64,000 nucleotides of DNA from the NCBI RefSeq assembly GCF_009914755.1, contig NC_060926.1, one strand, 5' to 3'. The position numbers were made by a program, and so were the translations under genes. Shown in pieces: positions 13,737 through 27,959 of this stretch. Positions within the stretch are counted from its first letter, which is position 1; each line of letters opens with the position of its first letter. Source of the DNA: the human T2T-CHM13v2.0 reference genome, Homo sapiens. A model generated the notes under the pieces. That model made no database searches. It saw only the letters and a program-made list of their open reading frames with translations, and had not been told where the DNA came from.

Positions 13737-14691
13737 TGCTAAAAGGAAGGTGCTGCTAATGCAGTGACTTTTATTTGTAAAAGTGCCCTGCATGTGTGAC
13801 ATTATCCTCCCTTTGAGAAAAGGATATATTTCAGTATTCACCTCACCGTATTTTTCCAGTGACTTCATATGATTTTGAAAACTACATTTATAAAATAAGA
13901 TTATTTTCTGCATTTCTCCCACTTTATTCCTGTTAATAGAACTCAGTATTTTACTGTGATCAATTACTTCATATATTTGATGAGTGTCAACTGTCCTAGA
14001 ATTGGCTGATTTTTATCAAGCAAGAAATATTCTCCTTGAGAGTTTTAGTATTTCTTGGTCTTTATGTATAAGCATGAACAAAATGATAATCAGCTTATGT
14101 AATCTAGAAATGTGCAAAGGGCCTTTAAAACCTTGGTCTGACATTTCTAAATGCCATATGTGTATAATTTTTATAACCTTTAGAATATATAATTGTTACA
14201 TAAAATTTGAAAACTCCACCTGTTATGTAAAATTTGGAAGCTACTATTTCTTGTCTATCACTTTTCCATGACTGTGGATGAAAATTACATCATTCTCAGT
14301 CATGAGCGTTAAGTATGTTGTCCTTAAAGAACTGTCTACACTCATGAACTCAAATTTTCTTTCCATTCACTCTTGATCTCAATGCCGGTAAGTCTTCAAT
14401 TTCAGCACTCCTCCAGAGTTGTTTTTCCTCAAGATTATCACTAATTTTTTTCTGTACTAAATCTAGGCATTTTTCTTACATCTCATTTAATCTGTCAGCA
14501 ATATTTGAGCCAATGGAGGGCATCTCCTCCCTAATGGCGTCTTCACTTGGCTTTCAGGACCTCACTCCCTCAGGCTTTTCCTCCTGCCTTTCTAGTCCGT
14601 TTATCATGGTCTGTTTTGCTTGCTGCTCCTCATCTTTCTCCTTTTGGACATTGTTGTTTCTCATGGCTCAGTCCTCAATCTTCTTTCTCAT

Positions 14692-15004
<313 letters not shown>

Positions 15005-15815
15005 CCTCATGACTTTTTCTACTGTGTATATGCTAGTGATTTCCAAATGTATGTCTCCAACTTAGATCTCTTTCCTTAATTCCAGATCTCTATATCATCC
15101 CACCTACTTGACATCTCTATTTGATTAGCTGTTGGGTATCACACACTTGTCAGATCCAAAATTGGGCTACTGATGTCCTTCCTGAAATCTACACCTCATG
15201 TAGTCTTTCCTACTTTGGTTAACAGCAACTCTTCCAGTTGCTCTGCCAAAAACCTCAGTGTCATTCTTGACTGATCTTTCTCTCTGTCCTGACACTTCAC
15301 ATCTAATCTCTCAGTAAATCTTGTCAGGTCTATCTGAAGAATATATCCAGAGGCCAGTCTATCTTGTACAACTGAGCCACCGTCATCTGCAGTTTAGATG
15401 AGTGTCATAGACTGAGAATTGATAGTCCTGGTTTTTAAAAGCTTCCCCTTTCATCAATTCTTATCTCAGTGGATGTATTTAAAACATAAGTCAAATGTTG
15501 TCATTCCTCTGCCCCAGCCCTTCTGATTGCCTCCCATTTCACTCTGAGTATGTGGCAGAGTTCCTCCTAATAACTGAAAGGCAGTAAACCATCTGGCATG
15601 TTACCTCTCCTGCTGAAACTTCTGTTTCTTATCTCTATTGCTGTGTTTCAGCCACACTGAACTTGTTGTTATTCCTTACCTATCCCTTAGTGCTTAAAGA
15701 CTCCAGGCACACCTCTGCACTTAGCAGTTCCCTGTGTCTGGAATGCTTTTTCCCCAGATATTCTTCTAGCTTACTGTTTCCATTACTTCAGCTCTTTACT
15801 TAAAATCCCCTTTCT

Positions 15816-16172
15816 AAGAAGAAGAAAAAGGGTAAAAAGAAACCCATTAAGGAATAACCACTTCCTGAGGGAGAACCATGTACCAGCACAATTCCTAGCC
15901 CAGAGAAAATGAAGAAAATGAAAAAAAAGAGAGATAATGAGGACTAACAGAAAGGAATTAGGATTGTATCATCAGGACACGTCAGGCTTCAGATTCAATT
16001 GGGAACATACCAGGGATGCTCTCTAACGTAATTGAGGGAAGTTTCAATGAAACAAAGTGATTTATCATCTCTAACTTCAAACCTATTTGTGTCTTGACAT
16101 CAACTCTGTTAACATCATCATTTTTTAGAGTCTTTGATGTACAAATAAAAGTTTCTTTGTATTAAAGAAAAA
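15816..16172 (+). pseudogene. 5'-truncated processed pseudogene fragment of NOP58 (copy 2)
   Basis: KKKKKGKKKPIKE*PLPEGEPCTSTIPSPEKMKKMKKKRDNED* (stop at 15945-15947), 3'UTR, AATAAA at 16144, A-tail, TSD aaaatcccctttct / aaaatcctctttct. Confidence 0.8.
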
Positions 16173-16699
16173 TCCTCTTTCTCAGCAGGGACTTTTCTGG
16201 CCATCCCAACTTTCCCACCACCCTTCCCATCAAACACATAAAGATTTCATTTTCCTGCTTTAGTTTTTCTCCTCTAACGTACTGTGTATTTTGCCGTATC
16301 TGTCTGTTGTTATTGTGTGTTTATCTCACTCTCATGAATAGGGTTTTTATTGTTCATTACCATATCCTCACTTCCTAGAAAAAGGCCTAGCCTATCAGAC
16401 GTAGCTACCTAATAAATAGGTATTAAATGAATGAATGGAGTTTATCCCAGGTATATTGTTTGATTGATTCTCACTTAAAAAATGTTTGACAAGGTTCATT
16501 TTAACAATTTTGCCTGGTAATTATATGTATTTTAAAAATTCTTTCGGCTTTTTATAATAAGCTACATTCTTTATATTAATATTTTTTCACTTAGGGAGAA
16601 AAGCCCAATATTGTGGTTATTCACTATTCTTTTACTGGTAATCATGATAATTGCAATTATGGTAAAATGAGTTAGAGAAATTACAAGCTTTACTGGTAT

Positions 16700-16996
16700 T
16701 TTATTTATTTAGAGACAGAGTCTCGCTCTGTCACCCAGGCTGCAGTGCAGTGGTGTGACCTCGGCTCACTGCAACCTCTGCCTCCTGGGTTCAGGCGATT
16801 CTCCTACCTCAGCCCCCTGAGGAGCTGGGATTACAGGTGCGTGCCATGACACCCGGCTAATTTTTGTATTTTTAGTAGAGACGGGGTTTCATCCTGTTTG
16901 TCAGGCTGGTCTTGAACTCCTGACCTCAGGCAGTCCACCCACCTCATCCTCACAAAGTGCTGGGTGGATTACAGGTGTAAGCCACCACATCCGGCC
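16700..16996 (-). mobile_element. AluS element
   Basis: Full reverse Alu, TSD actggtattttatt / actagtattttatt. Confidence 0.95.
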
Positions 16997-17896
16997 ACTA
17001 GTATTTTATTTTTTTTAGGGTGGTAAATGTAATGGACTCACAAATTCTTTCCAAGGGATTATGGACCTTCGGTATTTGAAATAAAAAGACAGTTGGAATT
17101 TTTTGCTTCCGATAGTAAGACTATACTGGTCAGGCACTGTCTATTCTGATGGAGCAGCTGTTGCTGCTTGGCTGTCTTTCAGAAGCAAGCTGCTCACACT
17201 GATATTGGTTGGTGAGCAAGGCCAGTGGTCATTGATCGATTGACTAGATTTTGAACTGGCTCTGGCTGGCTTCTTGTTACCATGGCTACAGGTCAATTCT
17301 TTCCTAAGTTTGAGTCAACTTTAACCAGAAATTTTCTGTTCAAAAGTTGCCTTCCATTAACTATGTTCAAAAAGAAACTTTTTAATATTCCAGAATTGTG
17401 GATTTAAAGTTTTGGTTATGATGACTTGGTTAATAATAGCTCTCACGAAGATTTTTTTTTTTGATACATCATCTTAACCAGAAGAGTTCTCTGTATAATT
17501 TATTTCTTAAAAATAATTGTTTTGTTTTTGTTTTTGGTATTTTTAGAAGCTTTTGCTCAAGTCCTAACATAATCTCCAGTAGGAGATTTTAGTCTCTTTG
17601 TCAGTTCATGTATGTATATGATAGTCATATTCTGTGTTTTTAAATTCCTTTTCTTGTTCACTTTTTTCTCTGTACAATACTAGTGATATTGTTATGCATT
17701 TTTATCTCATTAAAAAGTTGTTACAATTTTCTGCTGGCAAATCTAGCTTTTTCTATATTTTGACTGAATAGGTTAAAAGTGAAGAAAATTTATGAGATCA
17801 TTTTGTTTTCAAACAAAATCATAAGTAATAAAAATTGCTATTTTGAATTATAAATAATGACATTTAGATATTTTAAAAATAAGGATACCCCCCCCC

Positions 17897-18235
17897 AATA
17901 GTTTGGCTTTGTGTTTCTATGCAAATCTCATGTCAAATTGTAATTCCCAGGTGTTGAGGAAAGACCAGCTGGGAGGTGATTGGCTCATGGGGTCGGTTTC
18001 CTCCATGCTGTTCTTGTGATAGTGAGTGAGTTCTCACAAGAGCTGACGGTTTCATAAGGGGCTCTTTGCGCTTCACTTCTCTCTTCTCTCTCTCCCGCCG
18101 CCTTATGAAGAAGGTGCCTGCTTCCCCTTCCCCTTCTACCATGGTTGTTAAGTTTCCTGAGGCCTCCCCAGCCATGCGTAACTGTGAATCAAATAATCCT
18201 CTTTCCTTTATGAATTACCTAGTCTCAGGTATGTA
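17897..18235 (+). mobile_element. MST/THE1-type MaLR solo LTR
   Basis: gtttggctttgtg...aaatctcatgtcaaattgtaattccc...taagtttcctgaggcctccccagccatg...aattacctagtctcaggtat. Confidence 0.85.
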
Positions 18236-18339
18236 TGTGTGTGAATTACCCAGTCTCAGCTATGTACATATGTATATGTGTGAGTGTATATACACACATA
18301 CATATATATGATACATATATGTGATGTGAGATATATATA

Positions 18340-19952
18340 TGTATATACGTCCATTTTCTTTATTCCACTCATCAGTTGATGGACACTGGTTGATTCCATA
18401 TCTTTGCATATTGTGAATTGTGCTGCAGTAAACATATGTGTGCGGGTGTCCTTTTGAGAGTACGATTTCTTTTATTTTGTGTAGATATCTGGAAATGAGA
18501 ATGTTGGATAAAATGGTAGGATCTACTTTTAGTTCTTTGAGAACTCTCCATACTGTTTTCCATAGATTTGTATGAAGTTGCATTCCCACCAGCAGTGTAT
18601 CACTGTTGTCTTTTCACCGCGTCCACACCAACATCTGTTGTTTTTTGATTTCTAATAGTGGCCATTCTGGCTGCAGTGAGGTGATATCTCACTGTGGTTT
18701 TATTGTACATTTCCCTGATGATTAGAGATATTTAGCATGTTTTTATATGCTTGTTTACCGTTTGTACCTCTTCTTTTGAGAAATGTCTATTCATGTAATT
18801 TGGCCACTTTCCAATGGAATTATTTGCGTTTTTCCTGTTGATTTGTTTGAGTTTCTTGTAGGTTATAGATATTAGTCCTTTGTTAGCATCATAATTTTCA
18901 AAATTTTCCCATTGTATAAGTTGTTGTTTTACTCTGATGATTATTTCTTTTGCTGTGCTGAAGCTTTTTAGTTTAATTAGGTCTTATTTATTTATTTTCA
19001 TTTTTGTTGGATTTGCTTTTAGGGTCTTCCTCATAAATCCTTTGCCTAGGCCAATGTTTTCAGGTCTTAGGTTTAGGCCTTTCATCCATCTTGAATTAAT
19101 TTTTGTATATGGTGAGAGATAGAGATCCAGTTTCATTCTTCAACATGTGGCTATCTTTTTTTCCCAGCACCATTTATTGAATAACCTGTACTTTCTCCAG
19201 TGTATGTTTTTGTATCCTTGCTCAGAGATCACTTGGTTGTAGTGGCTTTATTTCTGAGTTGTCTGTTCTGTTCCATTGATCTATGTATCTGTTTTTATAC
19301 GAGTACCACGCTGCTTCTGTTACTGTGGTCTTAGAGTATCATTTGAAGTCAGGTAATGCGATGCCAACATATTTGTTCCTTTTGCTTGGTATGTCTGTTG
19401 CTGTTCAGGCTCTTTTGTGGTTCTACATGAATGTCAGCATTTTAAAATAATTCTGTGAAGAATGACATTGGTACTTTGGTAGGTATTGTATAGAATGTGT
19501 AGACTGCTTTGGGCACTATGGTCATTTTCACTATATCAGTTCTTTCAGTCCATGAACATAGGATGTATTTTCATTTGTTTGTGTCATCTGTTATTTTCTT
19601 TGGTGGTGTTTTCCAGTTATCTTTATATAGATCACTCACTTTTTTCATTAAGTATATTCCTAGGTGCTTCACACTTTTTTGCAGCCACTGTAAAAGGGAT
19701 TGGATTGTTGATATGAACTCTCAGCTTGGTTGTAGTTGGTGTATAGTGGTGCTACTGATTGGTATTCATTTATTTTGTAACCTCTGAGACTTTACTGAAT
19801 TCATGTATCAAATCTAGGAGTGTTTTGTAGGAGTCTTTAGGGTTTTCTAGGTATAGGATAATATCATTGGTGAAGAGATAGTTTGACTTCCTCTTTTCCA
19901 ATTTGGATGCCCTTTATTTCTCTTGCCCAATTGCTCTGCCTAGGACTTCCCA
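18340..19952 (-). mobile_element. Old L1 ORF2/3' fragment
   Basis: Reverse L1: tcttcttttgagaaatgtctattcatg, ttcccagcaccatttattgaata, gtttgacttcctcttttccaatttggatgcc. Confidence 0.85.
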
Positions 19953-20179
19953 GTTTTATTTTTAATATGCATGAAATAAAAGTAAAATGGAAAGTGCTTA
20001 ACGATGAGTTTATTTCACATCTCTCTCTCATACACAGATAAAATTATTTCAAAGTCCTATGTTAAAAACATATTATACCCTGTCTTGTTCTAAAAGGAAT
20101 TTCTAAGTTGTTTATAAAATACATAGGAATCAAGAATATAAGTAGAAAGTGTTTCCAAACAATAAACATAAAGAGTATG

Positions 20180-20688
20180 GGTTACAGGACACAGACCATT
20201 AGCAATCCCTGGCCTGTTAGGACCTGGGCCACACAGCAGGAGGTTCGAGGCAGGTGAGCAAGTGAAGCTCCATCTGTTTACAGCCACTCTCTGTCACTCG
20301 CATTACCGCCCGAGCTCCTCCTCCTGTCAGATCAGCGGTGGCATTAGATTGTCCTGAGTGTGACCTGAACCCTGTTGTAAGTTGCTCATGCAGGGGGATA
20401 TAGGTTGTTCACTCCTTATGAGAATCGAATGCCTTTCTGATCTGTCACCATCTTCCGTCACCCCCAAATGGGACCATCTAGTTGCAGGAAAACAAGCTCA
20501 GGGCTCCCACTGATTCTACATTTTGGTGAGATATAATTATTTCATTATATATTAATAATAATAGAAATAAAGTGCACAATGAATGTAATTTACTTGAATC
20601 ATCCTGGAACCATCCCCCACCTCAGGTTCCTGTAAAAATTATCTTCCACAAAACCAGTCCCTGGTGCCAGCATGGTTGGGGACACCTG
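20180..20688 (+). mobile_element. MER1A-like DNA transposon
   Basis: ggcctgttaggacctgggccacacagcagg...tcagatcagcggtggcattagatt...ccagtccctggtgcc...ggttggggacacctg. Confidence 0.8.
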
Positions 20689-20833
20689 GTTAACAGATGT
20701 GAGACCCCTTTGCCTTGTCTTGGAATAATGTGCAGATATGCATTGTGTGAATGACATCTGATGGCGCCATCTTGCCCTGTACATCATTTTAGGGACAGCT
20801 CCAGTATTTCATGAAAATTAAAATTTCTTCTAG

Positions 20834-20954
20834 TGACGAACAAAATGATACTCAGAAGCAATTTTGTGAAGAACAGAACACTGGAATATTACACGATGAG
20901 ATTCTGATTCATGAAGAAAAGCAGATAGAAGTGGTTGAAAAAATGAATTCTGAG
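20834..20954 (+). CDS. POTEJ: POTE internal exon ([17 protein letters not shown]...EKMNSE)
   Basis: ctag| acceptor, |gtattt donor, 121 nt; contained in ORF 20811-21038. Confidence 0.9.
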
Positions 20955-22461
20955 GTATTTTCTTTAGTTATTTTCAAATGTTTTTATATGTGTGTATATT
21001 TTAAAGAACTGTATTTTGGAAATATAAAGGATTTTTAAGTCATATATATGTGTGTATATATTCTATATATCCTTTGTCATATATCTATATACGTACATAT
21101 AGGATAAAGCCATGTTCTTAATTCACCTTCATTTGCCTGCAACAGTTGAGTAGTGACCTGCACAATGGCCTCAATCCAAAGGAGAAGTATTTGATGTTTT
21201 TCATAAGAATTGACGATCTTTCCACATCAGAAATAAGTTTTGCTACTGAAAACAGATTTTCTCGTTTTTGGACATTAGTTTTTTAAAAAATGTTAATAGA
21301 GAAGTCAATTGATTATTTTCACTGATAAGAAAGTAGGAAATGTACAGCTGGGTCAGAGGCCACATTGTGGATACCATTATCCTTACTTTTGCAGAGAGGA
21401 ACAGTTTGCTCCAAGTAGTTTCTCATTTCAATGTAAAGAGGTTTGAAAACAATGACATGCCATGATACACATTTAGTAATAATTTATTGATAAGTATTTT
21501 CTTTCTGGAGAAATAGTTCAGTATATTTCCCCTATTTCACCATTACTACTGTTTCAAACATTATAAAGAGGAAATAAAAGTTACCGCAATGGCAAATAAT
21601 CTCATGATTTCTAAGAAAATCTCTATAAGTTGTATCTTATTTACCATTCATATTTTGAAACAAAAGGTTTCTTTTGTATTTATATATTTACACCACAGAA
21701 GTAAGTGTGGTTTTGTGGAGGATCACTAGAAGTAGCATCAGCAGACCTGGGGAAAATCCTGCATCTGTGTATATTTTTTGACCTCTCCTTTTAAGAATCG
21801 CGATCTTAAATGAGTTCAGTGTTATATGTAGAAGTGGAATGCCTAGATACAGATGTGTACAGTGTAGAAGGGTACAGTGCTTAGATTTGACAGTTATAAA
21901 TAAATGTAATTCTTATAACTGAGTATAGAAATATTAGAAATGTAGAATATCGGTAAAATGTTCTTCAGTAAAAGAACTTAAAGAACTTTGAGAAATTCCT
22001 TCTGTCCAAATATATGCATAGCTAAGGCTCTTAGGATGGTGTGGTTGATAGGTTAGATATCAGAGTGTAAACCTAATCTTAAAAATGTAGTCAAATTGTT
22101 AATCTTATATTTTATGCCTCTGGGTTTTTTGTAACTCAGAAAAAGGCTTTTTTAATTCTGGGATTCTTAAAAATCCTCTAGTGATTTATTTTTCATCGTC
22201 TTTAAATAAATATTTAAACTTTTAGGAATTTAGGAGCAGATTCCTAAAAGTTTAAATATTTATTTAAAGACGATGAAAAATAAATCACTGGAGGAATTTA
22301 CACTCTTATTAGGTTTGAAGTTTTGTCCAATTTTTTTCCAGTTAAATATCCACTATGGGGATTCTTTCATTATACAAATACATGTTATTTTTGAATTTCA
22401 AAAGAAATCATGTTATGTCAATCTATTGAGTGCTAACTAAAAGTTCTCTTTGTTTACTTAG

Positions 22462-23790
<1,329 letters not shown>

Positions 23791-24385
23791 GTGGACTCTG
23801 ACTTAGTTGCGTTACACCCTTTCTTGACAAAACCAAACTTCTCAGAAAACAACATGAGATTGGCATGGCTTTATTTGTTTTCTTGTTTCATTTTTTGTTT
23901 TGTTTTTTATTGGCTTGACTCAGGATTTAAAAACCGGAATGGTGAAGGTGACAGCAGTCGGTTGGAGGAAGCTTCCTCCAAAGTTCTACAATGTGGCCAA
24001 GGACTTTGATTGTACATTGTTCTTCTTTTCAATAGTCATTCCAAATATTGTGAGACGCATTGTTTCAGGAAGCCCCTTGCACTGCTAAAAGCCACCCCAC
24101 TTCTCTCTAAGGAGAATGGCCCAGTCCTCTCCCTAGTTCACACAGGGGAGGTGATAGCATTGCTTTTGTGCAAATTACATAATGCAAAATTTTTTGAATC
24201 TTCGCCTTAATACTTTTTAATTTTGTTTTATTTTGAATGATCAGCCTTCGTGGCCCCCCTCTTTTGTACCCCAACTTGGGGTGTATGAAGGCTTTTGGTC
24301 TCCCTGAGAGTGGCTGGAGGCAGCCAGGGCTTACCTGTACTCTGACTTGAGGAGAGTTGGATAAAAGTGCACACCTTAAAAAAAA
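23791..24385 (+). other. ACTB-derived 3'UTR and poly(A) remnant of the retrocopy
   Basis: gacttagttgcgttacaccctttcttgacaaaa...aatggtgaaggtgacagcagtcggttggag...ataaaagtgcacaccttaaaaaaaa. Confidence 0.92.
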
Positions 24386-24748
24386 TTGAGGAAGCACAGT
24401 ATTTCAGTACAGTGGACAGCTTAGCATGTTGACAACTGAGAATAAAATGCTCAGTTCTGAACTGGACAATGTAAGACACAACGAGGAAACACCGGAAATG
24501 GAAATTCAATTACGTCATTGTAGACTGGCTGCTGCTCTACATGATTGTGACCAAAGTCAGATAGCTGAAAGAGACTTCTTTCCAGAGAACAAGACATGAA
24601 CAGGTTTATTTACAGAAGACAATGAATTCTCATTTATCTCACCTAAAAGAGAACAGATTCTTTCTCAACAAGTCTAATGTAGACAGTAAAATCAACAGGC
24701 TAAAAATTAAGCTCCATGAAACAAGATAAAACTCTGAGAGAAAAGACG
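24386..24748 (+). pseudogene. Decayed downstream half of the ANKRD26-family coiled-coil exon interrupted by actin
   Basis: [21 protein letters not shown]...[13 protein letters not shown]...ILSQQ...SKINRLKIKLHETR*...LREK, with frameshifts. Confidence 0.8.
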
Positions 24749-26690
24749 GGGCAGGCCGCCATCTTTCCCGTTCAGGCAACTTAGTCATTCCAGCCTGCGG
24801 GCTTTGGAGAGTACAAACCGACGAGGGACAGAAGAGATCCCACAGCACAGCATAGCTGCTTTACCAAATCATGGCCAGACTGCTTCTGTAAGCAGGCCCC
24901 TGATCCTGTTCCATCTCACTGGACAGGACCTCCCAACTGGGGCCTCCAGCTACCCCCACCAGCATTCCTTGGCCAATGGAAATGTGAAATGTTCCTGGGA
25001 CAGAGCTCCCGGAGAGGGGCAGGCCCCCACCTTTGGTCTTTCGGTGACTAGCCATTCTGGCCTGCGGGTTTTGGAGAGCCCAAGCTGACAAGGGGTGGAA
25101 GACGTGCCTCAGCACAGCACAGCCACGCTACAAAAACGTGGCCAGACTCTTGTTTACGTCAGTCCCTGACCACATTTCTAGTCAGCGGGTGAAGTCTTTC
25201 AACCAGGGTCTCTGGCTACCTTGACTGCTGTTCTCTGGCCGACAGAGGTCTCAGGCCTCCCTGAGTCAGAGCTCCCAGGGGGAGGACCAGATTGTCATCT
25301 TTGCTGTTTGGGCGACCCAGGCATTTCAGCCTTAGGGCTTCAGAGTGTCTGAGGCGGACCAGGGGCTGAAGTGAACCCCCAGCACAGCACAGCTGCTCTA
25401 TAAAAACGTGGCCAGACTTTTCTTTTTGAAGCAAGTCCCTGTTCTTGTTCGTCCTGACTAGGTAAGACTTCTCAACTTGCCTCCAGCCACATCTTACAGG
25501 TGTGTTCAGATTGGCAACAGGTTCGTACCTCAGTGGTACAGAGCTTCCAGAGGAAGGGGCAGACTATCATCTTCCCTGGAAAATACAAGGCAATTAGGGA
25601 CTGGAGGGGACCCCCAGCATACCACAGCAGCCCTACAGAAAAGTGGCCGGGCTCTCTACTTGATGGGCAGATCCTCCTGGCCTGGGTCTCTAGCCAGCCC
25701 ACCACTGGAGCTATCAAGCCAGTAGCAACTCTGCAGTTCCTGGGACAGAGCTTCCAGGAGCAAATGAAATCCTTTCTGCCACTGCCTCTGCAGTGGAACT
25801 GCCCTTGCTGCCCTCAGAAGATGCAAGGGAGCAAAGACCCTAAGTGCCCTATCAACACCTCCAATAAGCTGCAGTTGACCCAAAGAACAAGCCAGTCCAT
25901 CTCCCACGGGTACCACACACCCTCCACTACTCATCACCAGACAGGGAACCCTGGCTTGGGCCCACAGCACAGACCCTCCATCCTGGGCTGATTACACTAA
26001 GTGATTGCTAACTCACATGTCTCTGGGATGGAGCACCCAGGAAACAAGCAAAGTGGTGGAGCAGCAAGTCAGGTGATGTGGAGCCCAGAGGTCAGGGATG
26101 GCTGTCTCTCTAGGGTCCACTTGCCCTTGTGAGACACTTTATCCCAGCACTTTAGGAATGCTGAGGTCATACCAGCCACATCTTATATGCAAGATTGCCC
26201 AGCAGAGATCAGGTCCGAGAGTTCCCTTTTTAAAAAAAGGAGACTTGCTTAATAAAAGAAGTCTAGCCACGTTTGTGTAGAGCTGCTGTGCTGTGCTGGG
26301 GGTTCACTTTTGAGAGAGTTCTCCTCTGAGACCTGATCTCTGGAGGCTGGGCAATCTTGCACTTGAGATGGGGCTGGTCTGATCTCAGCACTCCTTAGTC
26401 TGCTCGCCTCTCCCATGGCCCCAGCCTGGCCACACCTGCTTACGGGGCACTCTTAGATGCCCACACCATAGCTTCCATGCTAGTGGACTGTACCGTATCA
26501 GTGGAGAGCTGCAGCAAGGTGGCCCCTAGAGCCACGCACCAGCCTGCACATTGCCTCTCCATACGGCAGCCCTTTATTTGGAAACTTCCTAAATCACTTT
26601 GCTGTGTGTGTTTACACGGGTGGGTTTTGCTTTACTTGCCCTGAGAGCACACGGGAGTGCAGCACACACCCCAACCCACATCAACTGCCA
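24749..26690 (+). mobile_element. Old primate L1 5'UTR with ~270-bp tandem monomers
   Basis: Monomers starting ~24751, 25019, 25285, 25558; the first three share cagcacagca(c/t)agc...tggccagact; directly followed by L1 ORF1. Confidence 0.6.
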
Positions 26691-27240
26691 TTAAAGAAAA
26701 GAAATTTCAGCCCAGAATTTCATGTCCAGCAAAATTAAGCATCATAAGTGAAGGAGAAATAAGATCCTTTTCAGACAAGCAAGTGCTGAGGGAATTTGGT
26801 ATCACCAGATCTACCTTACGAGAGCTCCTGAAGGAAGCACTAAATATGGAAAGAAAAGATCATCACCTGCTACTACAAAAACACACTGAAGTACACAGTC
26901 CAATGATGCTAAAAAGCAAGCACATATGTAAGTCTGCAAAATAACCAGCTGACAGCATGACGACAGGATAAAATCCACACATACCATTACTAACCTTAAA
27001 TGTAAATGGGCTAAATGCTCCCATTGAAAGACACGGGGCAAGCTGGGTAAAGAACCAAGACCCACTGGAGTATGCCGTCTTCAAGCAACCCATCTCACGT
27101 GCAGTGCCATACATAGGCTCAAAATAAAGGAATGGAGAAAAATATTTCAAGCAAATGGAAAACAGAAAAAAGGTGTTGCACTCCCAGTTTCTGACAAAAC
27201 AGACTCTACCAATAAAGATAAAAAAAGAGAAGGACATTAC
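26690..27240 (+). mobile_element. L1 ORF1 C-terminus and ORF2 endonuclease start
   Basis: KEKKFQPRISCPAKLSIISEGEIRSFSDKQ...LLKEALNMERK; then ttactaaccttaaatgtaaatgggctaaatgctccc (LTLNVNGLNAP). Confidence 0.9.
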
Positions 27241-27872
27241 AAAGGTGGTCCTGACCTTTGATAAATCTCATTATTGCTTGATACCAACCTGGGCTATTTG
27301 TATTGCCCAAACCAATAGGATAATTTGCTGAGGTTGTGGAGCTTCTCCCCTTCACAGAGTCCCTGATCTCCGAAAATTTGGTTGAGATGTAAGGTTGATT
27401 TTGCTGTACAACTCCTTTTTTGAAGTTTTACTCATTTCCAACAAGGAAGGCAAGTTTTCCTGCTTCCATTGACAAAGGAGAGCAGGCACCTCCTTTCCTG
27501 AGTTTCAGCTTGCTTCTGACAGGGAAGGTGAGTGTAAGTTTTTCCAGCTTCTAAGATGGCAGAGAATGATCACCCAGTCTGAGCCTTATTTCCAGGTAAG
27601 TAGCTGAATTAGAGTTTTGTCTTAAAATTTTTCCTTAATGACTAAAATTTAAGATTACCCACCAGCTGCTTTTAATTCCTCCTTACCATTAGAACACTCA
27701 GTTAATCATATGAATTGTGCATTTGTTTGTTTTGCTTAACTCTTTTTGTTTATGTTTGGGGTTTTATTGTTGTTTCACTTTTCTCCCATCTCTTCCTGAC
27801 TTGGTCAAATCCAAAGGAATGTTCCAAATTGTGGGAGCAAGGCATCTGAATTGGCTAAAACTCCTGTGGCTG

Positions 27873-27906
<34 letters not shown>

Positions 27907-27959
27907 GCAAAAAAAAAAACCCACAAAAAACAAAAAAAAATCCAGTTGGAAATTTTTTA

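Noticed and set aside
27240-27880. Possible ERV internal or leader fragment
   Set aside because: Could not assign a family or find LTR/PBS hallmarks by eye.
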